This document shows positions 27,380-44,215 of a stretch of 64,000 nt of DNA, piece after piece. Source of the DNA: the human T2T-CHM13v2.0 reference genome, Homo sapiens. The translations under genes and the position numbers were made by a program. The stretch is from the NCBI RefSeq assembly GCF_009914755.1, contig NC_060947.1. One strand, written 5' to 3'. Below the pieces are notes generated by a model that saw only the letters and a program-made list of their open reading frames with translations, was not told where the DNA came from and searched no databases. The stretch's first letter is position 1. Every line of letters starts with the position of its first letter.

Positions 27380-27870
27380 GTGGGAGGTGGTTTGAAAGAT
27401 TCTAGAAACAACCTCACCCATCCTACTTGCCCTCTGTCAATGGAACATTTCCACTCCTCCCACTAAGTGGCAGTGTATACTTGCTATGTCTTTGAATCTG
27501 GGCTGTCCCTATGACTTTCTTTATGAGAAGAACGTGATAGAAGGGACACTAAGCAAACTCTGAGGCTTGGCTTTAAGAGACCTTGAAGCTTCAATTTTCA
27601 CCCTCTTAGGTTTTGAATAGCCATGGCTATACTGCTGAAGAGGAAAGTGAGCTAGAGGTCTTGGTTACATGCCCCAATTGCCAGACGTAAGTGAAGCAAT
27701 TTTAATTGTCCAGCCCCATTTTAGTCTCTGGATAATTGCTACCACATGAATGATCTCAGGCCAATATACAAGAACTAACCAAGTGAGCCCTACCAAACTA
27801 TAGAAGTGTAATTAATGAATCCTTGACAATATGGGGGAATTATTTGTGATGTAGGAATAGAAAATAGATA
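27380..27870 (+). mobile_element. MLT1 LTR
   Basis: tgtgggaggtgg...ttgaatctgggctgtccctatgact...aatagaaaatagataa. Confidence 0.6.
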
Positions 27871-27879
27871 AAAGCCTCA

Positions 27880-30260
27880 AATCCCACTATAATCTCCTTC
27901 TCTGTGATTATAACAAAAAACATATTCCTTTCCTCTCAAAAACTGAATTTCCATCTTGGCCCATTCTTTCCTGCATTTATCCTTTGTCAATTATCCCTTC
28001 TTTTTCACGTATATCATGTGTTTTCTACTATTACCTTTATATTAGTTTCTTCCTATTCACATTTAAATATATTTTATTCTGTTTTATCTTAAAATATAGT
28101 TTTCAGCTCTATCATCACCTCTAATTATTAGCACCTTTTCTCTTCCCTTTACAACCAAACAATTTAAAAGACAGCTACACTCAGTGATTTTGCTTTCACT
28201 TCATTTTTTCAACTCAGTGAAATCTAACTTCTGGAATGCAACAGAAAATGATATTACCAATCATCTTGCTACCCTTAAATCCAGTATAAATTTATTAGTT
28301 TTTTTCTGACTGAAATTCCCTGTTTCCCTCAATATAATGAGACATTCACTTGTCCTTTAAACACTCCCTTGACTTTATAACACTTGATCTTCCTGGTTTT
28401 ACTCTAACAACTCTATCACATTCTTCTTGGTGTTCTTTGATAATTCCTTCTATTCTGCTCATCCCTTAAACTGTGGTTTCCTTTAGACCAGTGGTCAGCA
28501 AACATGGGCTGCAGGCCAAATCCAGACCTCTGCCTTTTTTTGGAACTAAAGTTTTATTAGAACATAGCCATAACTGATCATTCACATACTGCCTATGGTT
28601 GCTTTCATGCCACAATACTTGGGTTGAGTAGTTGTGACAGAGACCATATAGTCTGCAAACCCTATAATATTTTCTATCTGACCCTTTACAGAAAAAGTTT
28701 GTTGATCCATGACTTAGAGATCTAATATGAGTTTTATTCTGTTTTCACTATAAAACTTCCGTAAATGAGCTCACCAACCACACACGATGAAATTATCATC
28801 TATGTAGCTGATAACTCCCAAACATCCTGTCTCTAATTCAGACAATACATTCAAATCCTGTATTGGATATTCTCCCTTCATTTATCCATTCCATTATCCA
28901 CTACTTTACTCTGATTTGTGACTAAAGAAGCTAGCCTCTAATGGACTGGATTCTCTTGCCCTTTTCTTTTAATTGGGTTACTTCAAGTGAAAATTCTAGT
29001 TTAAAATGGAAGGGCAAAAGGAAAGAAAGGGGTCAGGGTATGTATTCCACTGACTCTCTTCCTGACAAAACACAACTTGACTGTGTTTTTTTCTTTTACT
29101 GAAGGCAGTGTCTTTTTTCCTGTGATGCTCTTCTATAGCTATATGTCTTCTCAAATTCTGGTTACTGCTCATTCGCCTTTCTACCTTAGGCCTAAGTAAA
29201 GGCTTCCATCTGTTACTAGCATCAAGTGCTTCATCAATCTTTTGGTTTTCCTTAAGCACTACCTATATTTTATAGCAGTCCTACAATAAAATCTTCTTAA
29301 TTATTCATTAAGGAGGTGCTTCCTATTTTCTTCCAGGATTCTAACATAGATCAGTTGCCTACTGGAAATATAAACATAGATATCTTATGGTAAATTCAAC
29401 ATAACATATTCTAAACTAAAGTCATCTTCACTGCCCCAAAATAATGTGGGGATGAGAGCTCTTTTTTCTATACTTCGAATTCTAAGAGATGGAATCAACT
29501 TCCACCAACTTACCAATGCCACAAACCTGTGTGTTTGTCTTGACATTTTTACCAATCTCTTACAGCCCAACAATAATGAAGTTTTATTGTTCTTATTAAA
29601 TTCATGTCAAGGCCACTGATATCACATACCTAAGCACTGTGAAACACTTGATCACTATCCCTGCCTCCAGTTTTCCTCCCAACATTCTACTTTTTACAAT
29701 GTAACCAGACTCAGCTTTCTAAATTGAAAATCTGACCACATTAACCCCTTTCTTAAAACTTTAAAACTATATATCTAAAATCAAGGCCAAATCCTTTAAC
29801 ATGGCATAGTTGGTCCTCCAGGCTATTAACCCGCTTACCTCTCTATCGTCATCCCTTTCCACTTTGTACATTGTATACCATGCTCTGAACCATACTCAAT
29901 CTTTTACAGTACTTTGAAGGTGCCATATTTTATCTTCCTTCTGTGCCATTATATGTGCTATTCTTTACACCTGGAATAATTTTTCTCTCAACTTCATTTG
30001 GATAATTTCTAGTTATCTTTCAGATCCCACCTTAGATTTGACTACTCCCAGGAAGTCTTCCTTTGCATGCTCAGACTGAATTTACCACGCCTGCTGTGTT
30101 CTGCATCAGTGCTACTTCAATTGTAGCAGTAATTGCATTATTTTATAAGGTATTTTGTGATCTTCTGCTAGACTATCAACCAAGAAAGAGTAGAAACCTC
30201 ATCTTTCTTATTCACCATTATATCAAAAAATGCATCAAATGCCCCTTCTTACCATAGTTC
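27880..30260 (+). mobile_element. Long L2 remnant, interrupted by MER58A and an old LTR
   Basis: Pyrimidine-rich L2 ORF2/3' motifs (aaaatctgaccacattaacccc; ctagactatcaac). Confidence 0.7.
28489..28711 (+). mobile_element. MER58A (hAT-Charlie)
   Basis: cagtggtcagcaaac...tttacagaaaaagtttgttgatcc. Confidence 0.8.
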
Positions 30261-30351
30261 CATAAACAAAACATAATTAATTAAATTAATTTGATGATAA
30301 AGTGATTTACAATTTTAAATTATAAGTGACAATTCTAGATTAGATCCAATT

Positions 30352-30620
30352 TCATGGCAAATATTCCATGGCATATAATGCATCCATAACATTTGCAAAG
30401 GCCCTGCTCTCAATGTTGTTGGTAGAATACAGTTTTCTCAGGCAGGGCTTTGTGATCCTAAGTATTGACATAGTGGTCATAAAGGCAGGATACATAGGAA
30501 ATGTTTTGGTAACTTGCAGGTACCACAAGAAAAGGTAAATTACAACATTTGGAATAAACTGCTTAGACATAGTTTCTTCTACCATGAATCTTCCAGAATT
30601 AGGGCTTCTGTACTCAGAAT
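30352..30620 (-). pseudogene. Possible fossil exon (3' boundary unclear)
   Basis: tgtttag|ATTCTG; protein-like pieces in shifting frames (LPKHFLCILPL; NNIESRAFANVMDALYAMEYLP). Confidence 0.35.
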
Positions 30621-30689
30621 CTAAACAATGCCAGATTAATATTTTTGCTTGTGCTGAAGAGACATTTGCAAGCTATAAATATTGTGAAA

Positions 30690-31300
30690 TCTAGAATCTC
30701 ATCTACAATATGAAGAGAAAACCAGGTATTGCCATGCATTTGAGGAAAACCAGTTGCATGGAAGAGAAGTGCCAAATTCATCAAAAAGAAGAACAAACTC
30801 ACAATTCAAGAGAGTTAAAACGGAAAACATAACAGATTTAAAATAAATAGAATGCATATTTTCAGAATAATACAAGCAGATATTGAAGATAAAATTATTA
30901 AATGTAACTAAATTTAAATCAAGATTTCTCAAGTTAGAAAGCAAAATTACAGGCTAGTTTGTAGAAAGGATGATTTCAGAGAACATAATTTATGAGCTGG
31001 GGGATATTTCAAAATTCAGGAGAAAATAAGAAAGGAGTGAGAAATATGAGAAAAATGTTAAGTGACAGGATAAAACTAGACACACCAGAACCCATCCAAT
31101 GAAATTTTCTACCAAAATAACAAAACTCAGACAGAAGAAAATACACTAAAAATGTAGACAAGAGTTCTGTTAAATGATGAAAGATTAATATATACTCAGA
31201 TTGGAAAAGGTCGTTTAGTGATGAGCAATAAAGAGAACGAAAGATTCAATTCTAGACCCACTTCTGAGGAAATTTCTGACACTTATATCAAAATATTTAT
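30690..31300 (+). mobile_element. HAL1/L1M ORF1-like remnant
   Basis: A-rich; catttgaggaaaacc and tcagattggaaaagg motifs. Confidence 0.5.
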
Positions 31301-31394
31301 TACTATTATTCCAGGAAGACATTCCAGGACAAATTGGAACTCCTTTTAAATCTTTCCCATGTGAACCTTCTCATAAGGAATCAGAATATTTTAC

Positions 31395-31443
31395 CATATG
31401 GTATGATTACACTTGAATTCCAACTGATATAATAGAAAGTGAT
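31395..31443 (-). pseudogene. Fossil small exon (49 nt)
   Basis: gttacag|ATCAC ... ATG|gtaaaa; reads SLSIISVGIQV*SYHM. Confidence 0.4.
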
Positions 31444-31661
31444 CTGTAACTTTATTTAATAGCAAATTTGAGGAACTGGGGCTACAGTATATTGTAGTCT
31501 CCACTTCCCTACTGTGATTCACTGCTTGACATTTCCTTTTAGTGTCCTGCGAGTTTATAGTGAGGAATCTAGTATTTCAGCTTGAAGGGCTATTTCTACA
31601 CTTCATCTGGACAGGCTCCCTCTGCATTAGAAAATGGGGGGTGATTTTCCCATTAACTTAC

Positions 31662-31763
31662 CATATGAACGATAAAGTGGCTTTGTGAATCATCTTAAAT
31701 TCCCCTAACCCACATTCACCTCACTTTTGGTATACAGGTATGTCATATTTCTACTCTTCCACC
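31662..31763 (-). pseudogene. Fossil exon (102 nt)
   Basis: Strong sites cttctgttttaag| and ATG|gtaagt; ends ...DDSQSHFIVHM; stops in all frames. Confidence 0.5.
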
Positions 31764-32044
31764 CTTAAAACAGAAGGTTGATTTTAAGTATTATTTATTA
31801 TGCTCCTACAAAGAATCTTCAGAGTTGTTGTGCTATTGAAAGACTCTGCCATGTTTCAGAATCTCTATTCTGCCACTGAGTGGCATATGGCTAGACAATT
31901 TACAGCCTCGACATGTATATAAGTTTAGCTGCATATGGAGTGAGTTTATTTGATATACCTAAAAGGAAATTAATGCATACCTAAAAAGAAATTAATAGGC
32001 AACCTAGTTTCTTGCCAAAGATTATGAAATAAGGAAAAAACAAT

Positions 32045-32651
32045 TGTGGTGGTTAATTTTAAGTGTCAACTTGACTGGATTAAGAAATATCTAGAGAATT
32101 GATAAAGCATTATTTTTGAATGTGTCTTTGAGCTTGTTTCTAGAGGAGATTAGTATGTGAGTATGAGTGGACTAAGTGGGGAAGATCTGCCTTCAATGTG
32201 TCTAGGCACCATCCAATCAGCTGGGGACCCAGATAGAACAAAAACAGAGGAAAAGGCAACTTGGTTTCTCTCTCTCTCTCTCTCCTGGAGCTGGCACGCT
32301 TTCCTTCTTTTGCCCTTGGACATGAGAACTCCAGGCTCTCCAGATTTGGGACTCCAAAGTTTACTCTAGAGGCCCCCAGGTTATCAGGCTTTGGCCTTGG
32401 ACTAAGAATTATACCATTGGCTTCCCTGGTTATGAGGCTTTTGGACTTGAACTGAGCCATGTTACCAACATGAAGATGGCCTGTCATGGGACTTCTAAGC
32501 CTCCATAATTACATGAGACAATTCCCCTAATAAATCCCCTCTTATATCTGTATTTAAATAGACAGATAGATGGATAGATAGATAGATAGATAGATAGACA
32601 GATAGACAGATATCTTGTTGGTTCTGTCTCTGTGGAGAACTGTGACTAACA
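32045..32651 (+). mobile_element. MLT2B-type (ERVL) LTR with (GATA)n
   Basis: tgtggtggttaattttaagtgtcaacttgactgg...ggagaactgtgactaac; GATA/GACA repeat at about 32557-32610. Confidence 0.85.
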
Positions 32652-32948
32652 ATGGTGAAAATCCTCATAGGATTTTAGGCATGTAGTAACAATTCAACCC
32701 ATTGTCTGAAAAATTTCCTCGGTTTAGTGGCAATAGCATAAAATAACTAGTAAAATTAAGTTAATATTTTCTAATGAAAGTACTTATTTGTGGGTGATAA
32801 GAAGCAAATCTGCTTTTCTACATTCTAGAGGTCTGTGTGCTTCCCACAGAAAACAACTCTCATAATCTAATCCTTGATCATATTGATTTCTACCACTAAA
32901 GCTATATAGTGAATGGTATATTACCCAGAATGACACAATGGTGGATAC

Positions 32949-33147
32949 TTTATGGTCCTTAGTGAAATAAGCTTATGCATAGGAAGTCAAGTAAGCATGT
33001 CATCAATTATATTCTCTAAATTCTGGAAGTCATAGTCTAATAAGATGAAGTCTAATAACTCTATTTCTAGATACTTTCATCTCTGTGAAGTCTCCAGGCA
33101 TTTGATCTGGATTTATTCTTTGCTGTCATCCATTCAAACTACTGGAT
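32949..33147 (-). pseudogene. Fossil exon
   Basis: gtatctag|ATCCAG ... ATAAA|gtatcc; in phase with the upstream exon; reads PVV*MDDSKE*IQIKCLETSQR*KYLEIELLDFILLDYDFQNLENIIDDMLT*LPMHKLISLRTI. Confidence 0.5.
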
Positions 33148-33289
33148 CTAGATACATGCTAAACTCTTCTCCCCTACCAAATGAGTTGAGTCATCAGCTA
33201 ACATTTTCAACGCAAAGAGCAGTATGTTGATGACATCCATGTTTTTCATCCTATTATCACTAAGTGCTGAAGTACTTAGCAGGACTCAC

Positions 33290-33888
<599 letters not shown>

Positions 33889-34349
33889 AGAAAATACAAT
33901 ATTTCAATTAATTTATGTATGTTGCAAGTAAGAAAATGCACCTATATCTCTTTGATCCTCTATCATGTAATGAATATAGAACTTTCAGACAGTTAGTGTA
34001 GTCACCCTTCACTGCCACACATTTTATTTGTTCTTGGTAACTTTAATGTAAGTGAACTGCTGCCATTGTCTACTTCAAAAGGCATCCTCAAACTTGCTAG
34101 GGATGGAGAATTTTGGTTCAATAATTCACATTCCACAGTACAGATTTACACTCTTAGAACAATTTTGACTAGTGACTTATATTAGCTTTAACTTGAAAAG
34201 TCACAGTTTATATGTACAATGAAGTACCGAGTGGTTAGGATTTGTGACACTGCTCCATATTAAACAGCTCTTACGTGCCACATCAGATTGTCTTGATTTC
34301 CCCTATTTCTGTAGCTCTTGGCTACTGGTTTCAAGTCTTCCTCTGATAC

Positions 34350-35940
34350 GCACAGCAACCACTGCTGAAGTTATCAATTCTGTGTGATATATGCAGCCAC
34401 AACCTAACATGACCTTGCCTCATTCTTTTACATTGTGCCTCTGGCCTTCCACCTAGAACTTCCCTGTTGCTACTAAGGTGTGGGATAAAAGAAAAAAATA
34501 ACAAAAAATATGGGAGAGTTGAAACTTTAGCTTTAAACTATGAATTAGAAGCCAATAAATGAAATGTTCACTACTCTTCCCTCCAACAAACTTTCCTGGG
34601 TCTCAGTAGTTCATAAGACTTTTCACAAAGCTGTTCATTGAGATTAATAACCAGTTATACCTGATGCCAAGTAGAAGCCAGTTTGGTAATCCTCATATTA
34701 TCTCTTCCCCATCTCAGTCTTTATTTATCTTACTCTTGCTCCCCTAGGATTGCAATCCCTAATAAACTAGTTGCAGGTAATATTTCTCTCAGGCTTTTCT
34801 TTTTTGGAGAATCCAGACTGATGGTTGATATCGGGAGGGACCCCAGAAAACAGACATATCCTTCCTCTTTTAGGTGAATTTTTGGAGTTGGATTAGTCAT
34901 CACATTAATGCCAATAGGGATTCCTTTTCTGGTGATAGGTGAGGTAGTAATGTCATGCAATGGCATCAAAAATCAAAAAGTCTCTTTAAAAAAAAAAACA
35001 AAATCCTTTGGTTAATTAGAATGAATTGTAGTTTGATGGTGAGATTTTGAAATACATGGTTGCTATAGCAATTGAATTGTATGAAGCCAAAGATAATTTT
35101 GAATGGTTGTGGTGTAGGCTGGCTTCTGTTACTAACATTTAAAGCCTAGCAAAAACGAAATAAAAGCTTTAGGGAAGCCAACTGACAATGCGTAGCATGC
35201 TATAAAAGCCAGAGAACCTTATATTCCCAATAGCTGTGAGGCAGACAGGGTAAGATCTTGTTACAAACAAGCTGTTAAACACACACACATACACAACCAA
35301 TTATAAGATATTATAAAAAATATAATAAACACTGACTGGATATTTGATGGTTTTAAGGAATTGTTACTAATTTTTTGGTGTTATAAAGGTACTTTGGTTA
35401 CATCTATATCTATGTCTATCTCTCTCTCTCTCTGTCTCTCTCTCTCTGTCTGTCTATATATGTCTCTAGTTGGTTCTGTCTCTCTGGAGAACCATGACTA
35501 ACACAATAATGGAAACAAATATGTATATATCTACAATGAAATAACTATGGCACAGATTTGCCACAAAATGATTGGGTGATGGGAGTCAGTAGGGATATGG
35601 TTAAAGCAAGATTTGTGAAGCATTGATTTTTGAACCTGGACAATGAGTGCATAGTCCCTCATTTTATTATTTTATCTATACTTATAAGTAGTTGAAAATG
35701 TCTATACTATGTATTATTCTTTTTAAAAATCAGGTCTAGGAGTTGGTTGGAGTCTTTTGTAGCACAACTACAAAAGAAAGATGAAATATGCAGCATTGAC
35801 AGTATCCTATGACAAAATTAGGACCCTGATTTAAAAAAATGGGGTCCTAAAATCTGGAATGGAGGCATATGGTAGATGAGCCTGAGAATGTTACACTCAC
35901 AGATTTCTCTAAAACCTCCAGGCCAACAGAAGCAATCTCC
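34350..35940 (+). mobile_element. Old ERVL-class LTR plus internal (gag) fragments, interrupted
   Basis: LTR end with aataaa at about 34760-34820 followed by an internal start; gag-like remnant at about 35800-35900. Confidence 0.5.
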
Positions 35941-35989
35941 TCCACTTCTATGTATATATCTTAAAAAAAAAAGTAAATTGAAAGCAAAG

Positions 35990-38660
35990 ACTAAGATGTT
36001 TGTACACCAATGTTCATAGCAGCCTTATTTACAATAGTCAAAAGGTAAAAAGACCCAAATGCACATCATTGTATTTTTTAAATAGATTAAGAAAATCATT
36101 GTGGCATATGTATGCAATGGAATATTATTCAGCCTTAAATAGAAATAAAATTTTGATGCATGCTGCACGTATAACCCTTGAAAACATTATACTAAGTGAA
36201 ATCAACAAATGCAAAAGAACAAAATGTTTATGGTTTGACTTACATTAAGTACCTAGATAGTTAAATAAATGAAGACAGAAAGAATAGCCATTATCAGAGC
36301 CTAGAGAGAGAAGAGATTGGAGAATTATTATTTAATAAGTACAAAGTTTCAGTTTGGGATGGTGAAAAATTTCTAGAGATGGATATTGGTGGTAGTTCCT
36401 AACAACATGAATGAAATTCATGTGACTGAACTGAACTGTGCACTAAAAATGATTAAAATGGTAAATCTTATATTTTGTTTATTTTTACAGCAAAAAACAA
36501 TTTTTTATGATTTGTGATTTTTTTTGTGTTCTATCTTAAGAAATGTTTGCATACCCCAGGGGTGCAAAGATATTCTCCTATGGTTAATTCCAGAAGTTTT
36601 TTGGTTTTAACTATTACCTCAATGTATGTGATCTATTTCAAGTTACTGTAAAGTACAAGATAAGAGTCATAGTTTATATTTTTCCATATGGTTATCCGGT
36701 TGTTCCAACACCATTTGTTGAGAAGATAATCCTTTCCTCATTGAAACACCAAGGCATATTAGATGAAAATCAATTGCACATATCCTATTCCGTTGATTTA
36801 CGTCTGTCCTCATGCCAAAACAATTCTGTTTTAATTGTTACTGATTTACAGTTTTCACATCAAGTAGTCTAAATCTTCCAACTTTGTTATTTTTCAAATG
36901 ATTTTGTCTATTTGAGTTTCTTTGCATTTCTACATATATTGTCCTATTAGCTTGTCCATTTCAACAAAGGTCCTTCCTGCTGTGACTTTGGTTGAAATTT
37001 AAGTAAATCTGTAAATAAATTTGTGTAGAAACAACATATTAACAAGATTGAATCTTCAAATCTGTGAGTATGGTACACTATCTGATTAGTTATTGTTTTT
37101 ATTTTCTCTAAGTAAAGTGTGATATATAAACCCTCTTTCTTAGAGTAATTTTAGGTTCACAGTAAAATTGACTGGAAGGTAGAAATAGTTTAAATATACT
37201 CCCTCTCCTCACATAACCTCCCCCACTATCAACACCACAGTATACATTTGTTACACTGCACCACAGTGGTACATTTGTTACAATCATTGCACCACAGTGA
37301 TATATTTGTTACAACCGACAAACCTACCTTGACACATCTTTATCACCAAAGCACATCATTCACACCAGAGTTCACTCTTGGGAGTGTACATTGTATGGGT
37401 TTTGATAAGTGTATAATGGATATTCATTATACACATTGTATGGGTTTTGATAAGTGTATTATATATATTCATTATACATAAATGTATAAAGTGTATATGT
37501 ATTTTGATAAATGTATAGCCATTATTGTAATATCACACAGAATATTTTCACTGTCAAAAAATCCTTGGTGTTCTACCTATTCATCTCTTCCTCCCCTCAA
37601 CCTCTTAGAATCACTGATCTTTTTACTGTCATGATAGTTTTGCCCCTTCCAGATTGTCATATAGTTGGAATCATATAGAATGTAGCCTTTTCTGATTGGC
37701 TCTTTCACTTAGTAATGCATTTAAGTTTCCTTCATGTCTTTATATGGCTTTATAGCTCATTTCTCTTTAATGTATGATATGGTTTGGATCTGTGTCACCA
37801 CCAAATCTCATGTCAAGTTGTAATGCCCAGTGTTGGAGGTGGCACCTGGTGGGAGGTGGTGGGATCATGGAGGTGGATTTCCCATGAATGGTTTCACATA
37901 ACCCCTTGGTGTTGACCTCATGATGAGTGCGTTCTCCTTACATATGGTTGTTTAAAACTATGTAGCACCTCCCCCATTTTCTTGCTCCTGCTCCCAAATA
38001 TTAGACACCTTGCTCCCCTTTGCCTTCCAACATGATTGGAAGCTTTCTGAGGCCTCCACAGAAGCAGAAGCCGCTATGCTTACTGTACAGCCTGCAGAAC
38101 AATGATCCAATTAAATTTCTCTTATTTAAAAATTACCCAATATCAGGTATTTCTTCATATCAGTGCAAGAACAGACTAATGCAATGTAGAACTCTTATAC
38201 CTAGATTTCTAGACTTCACCTAAACATTTCATGTTTTGAGATGCAAAAATTCAAATTTCCAATTTTTCTTTGCTTATTTATAAAAATGCAATTCATGTTT
38301 GCTTATTGACATTATAACCTGCAATCTTGTTTGGATTACTAATCAGTTCTAATAACTTTTTGGAGATTCCTAAGAATTTTCAAGTGTACAATCATACTAT
38401 ACACATTTAAGATAGCTTTATTTCTTTATTTTTAATCTCTAAACCTTTTCTTGTTTTTTTTTCACATTTATTAGATCTTTCATTAAATTGTGGACTAGAA
38501 GTTGTGGGAGTGAACATCTTTATTACTGATTTTAGGGATAAAAATGCAGTATTACACAAGTAATATGATGTTAGTTGTAAAATTTTTCATAGAAATTTTT
38601 TATAACTATATTAGGTAGAGAAAGTCCTAAAAGAACTTCCTAGTTTGCTGAATCCCTTTC
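35990..38660. mobile_element. Nested old L1M fragments (plus strand at 35990-36500, minus strand thereafter)
   Basis: ORF2 C-terminal motif MEYYSAL and L1MC-type 3'UTR. Confidence 0.7.
37775..38183 (+). mobile_element. MSTA/MSTB solo LTR
   Basis: tgatatggtttggatctgtgtc...gactaatgca; perfect TSD ATGTA. Confidence 0.9.
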
Positions 38661-39540
38661 ATATGAATAGGTATTGACATTTGTCATTTTTTTAGCATAT
38701 ACTGAGATGACACTATAGTTTACAGGAAAATCACTAGTAGTTATGCTCTGACATGCCTGAACCTTTGCAACGTAAGTGGGTGAGTAGTAAATAAGGAGTG
38801 AAAAGGGGTGGAAAATAGGAACTAAAAATGAACATGATAGCAGAGGGTACTGTGAGCTCAATCAAAAGGTGGAAGAATTTGAAGGATACAAGAATCACTT
38901 CAGAGATACCAAATTTCCAGTTAGGAAACTTAGAAGCAAAACTCAAACTGAGTGCCCTATCTGTACTAATGCTATAAAATATTATTTCAAAACGTGAAAA
39001 GGAGAAAAAAGTAGGTCACTTACAGGCACATTGGAGTTGTGGAATCCTAGGTTTTGAGATTGTTCTTCATAGTTTCTCTAATTTATTTACCTATCATTTG
39101 TTTCAAAGTTTTATTGACACCACTAGTGATGAAAACTCCTTTCCATATTATGTTTTGTCACATATTAAATATTTGTATTGCTTTTACTTATTAGGCAGTA
39201 TTCTACTCTGGCACCAAATAGAATTCACTTGATAGCCTTCGATATTTAATAACAGCTACCCACCATAAAAAATGCATTAGAGGTTCTATAATGTCATCCC
39301 ATATGTAAAAGAAGACTATTGCAAAAACTGAGATAGAGAAGGTAAATACCTGATATAGAGTGGTTTTAAGCACATGTAAGAACAGTTAAAAAGATAAAAT
39401 CAGTAGAACATTGGTGAGTTGAGGAGTGGTAATAGGTAAGAGTCAAAAATAAAGTTGAATTACCTAACTTTGATGGTGTTGACACATTATCCAGAATAAG
39501 GAAGACAAAAAAAAAATCTTGGCTAGGGGTGGGAGATGAC

Positions 39541-39615
39541 ATCATCATTGTCTTCTTCTTCTTCTTCTTCTTCTTATTATTATTATTATTATCATCATCA
39601 TCATCATCATCATCA
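39541..39615. repeat. Compound trinucleotide STR (TCT)n(TAT)n(CAT)n
   Basis: Directly visible. Confidence 0.95.
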
Positions 39616-40770
39616 GGACTATTGTGATTATTGTTGTTTTAGAATCTGTTAATCTCAGAGCACTTGTAGAACAATCAGGTGAGCTGTCCAGAAAGTGACT
39701 GGAAATGTGAGTTTTGCCTATCTTCACTATTATAAAGTGGTGAGTGCAATTCTTGGGCATGTGTATTTCATACTACTATTTCTACATATCTGAAATAACA
39801 ACAATAACACCTAATATTTCTACATCTCTGAAATAAGAAGAATAACACCTACTTCATAGAGTGATTGTAAGAATAAGGTGAATTAACATGCATAAAGTGT
39901 AAAGAACAGCACTCGGATCACAGTAAATGCTCAATAGTTACTACAGTCACAAACTTTTTGTTTCCATAATACCGAAAATAATAAGAAAATGCATGCATTA
40001 GAAATATAAGTTTGATATGACATACTAATAATACTAGGGAAATATATAAATTTTAAGTTATTTTGGAGCATTAGTAAAATTGTAGATTCATGTCAAATTT
40101 CCTTCCAATACTTTAGGTAGTCAAATTGACTCATTTATTTGGTGTGATAGCCTTTGGTTCAATTTACAAAATATGTTTGTTTCTCTGGCAATTCAGAATT
40201 TTTAATCTCCTGACGAATGAATTTGTAACTGAACATGTGAGATGCTTTGGCTTAACAAATGTGAGTAGAACATAATGTGTCATTTCCAGACTGAATCACC
40301 AATTTCCCTCTGTCCCTCTAACATTGCCTAGGCCCTAAAATGAAGAGAGCATATAGCTCTCCTGCATAGTGGGAACAAGAAAGATACCTTGATATAAGCC
40401 ACTCCCATGTTTTTAACTGCAAGATAATCTACATAACATCATCTACCTTGATTACTACAGAAATTTGTACCTAGAAATGTGGTGCTGTCATAACAAAATC
40501 TTAAAATAAGGACCGAGCAGTGGGTGGTGAAGAGCAGTGGGTGGCAAGGAGCAGTGGGTGGTGAGGAAACAGTTATTAGAAGCTGTAAAGATGGTGATTC
40601 ATGTTGTGCAGTGGCTAGTCATTTGATAAAGTTGTTGACAGAGTGAATCTGGAAGAAAAATTGTGCACCTACTAAATTTGTAAATCAGGAAATAAAGATT
40701 GAAAAGGAATGCAAGTGTGTATTGGATGTTCTTTGCTACATTTGATAAAGTACTACAAAAAAGACATGGC

Positions 40771-41074
<304 letters not shown>

Positions 41075-42619
41075 TTAACATGCAGGAATAAAAGGAAAGA
41101 GTGAGAGTCTAGAAATTTGGGAACTTCTGAAATTAGAAGAGGACTACTTTTTAACACTAATTGGTAAAATGTATATCTGAGAAAGGCTTTGTGAGACAAA
41201 GTCCAATTAAAATCCAGCCTTATGGCAAAAATCAAACCTAGAGTATACCCTCACTATTAAAATCTCTGAACAGATTAAGGTCTATCAGAGAGAAGACTCA
41301 GTTAAGGCGTTTACACCCAGTAAATACTTTCAGTTGTACAAAATGGCTCAAGAAAAAGAGAATAAAGTTATGGTTCTCCTTTTAGAACTTGACTAACTCA
41401 AGAAATAAGCAATTAAGTTGAAAGAGTGATATGGAAATGAGAAAGTAAAGAAATGGAACAAATTTACTAGGCATGTGCAGAAATGGACTGTGTGCATTGC
41501 TTTTAGATCAAGGAGCCAACTATAATTAAATACATAATAAGCCTACTAAATTTCTTAAGAGAATGTTACCGCAAGAGAAACAGAAAACTTTATGACACTT
41601 TAAGACTCAAAATAATCCTTATACCACCAACTTTCTAGTGGCAGCAGGCTCAGAAAACCGCAAAGACCCCAAGGAAAGATATTATTCAGTGCTTATTTCA
41701 GATGTTCCACTTTGGATACATCTGGATACATTTTGGATAGTGGAAAAGGAAAAATCTTCAGAGCTTGTAGCCAGAGATGGTGGAGAGCAATGAACTGGGC
41801 ATACCTTCTCCATAGCATAATCAGGGCCCAGTCAAAGAACATTCTACTAACTCACACTTCCTCCAGCTTTTATACTTGAAAAGCAGGCCTTCCTAACATT
41901 TGCTCAGTCATAGTGTAGAATTTCTATGAACCCTGGACACTCTATGTTTCTCATTCTTCCCTTATACACATGATAACTGATTATAATTTCCCAGTTTCAT
42001 GTATATATGAAATACATATATTTATAGAATATATATAGTTATTGGTGTGGAACATATATCTTGTTTGGTTTTTTTTTAATTTCATAGATCATAGGACTCT
42101 GAGTCAAGAGTAATCATGCCTGAACTTATGTATAGATTCTCATACATCACTCAGAAGTTCTGAAATTTGAACAAATATGTAACAAGATGGGGTTGTGAAC
42201 ATTTCTCTCTTGAAGAGGTGACAGGGAGATGTGTGTATTTTGCCTGCAAGAAGAAGAAGCCTAATATTTGCTAACCAGCAGTGCAGACTGTGACAGTCAG
42301 CTTTACACCAATATTTCTGGTTCTTTTTCCAGATATTTGTCAGAATTGCACTTATCTGCCCTCTTGAAGTTGAAGCCAGGTGACTTGTTCTAATTAATGA
42401 AACATAAATGGAAATGATGTGTGCCACTATGAAGCAGAAGTCTTAAGGAAGTTTAAGAGAAGTATGAGATTCATGATGCTCTGTCTTTAACTTTGCCAAA
42501 ACAACCCCAATGTTTGTGATAGTGGCTACTACATAAGCATTGATCCTGAGTTGAGACAATGTAGTGCAGATTTTCCAGCCAATCGACCATGCACATGGAA
42601 GATGAGTGAGATTTACATC

Positions 42620-44215
<1,596 letters not shown>

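Noticed and set aside
35400-35515. Similarity to 32600-32655 suggesting a segmental duplication
   Set aside because: Both are MLT2 LTR 3' ends and the flanks do not align.
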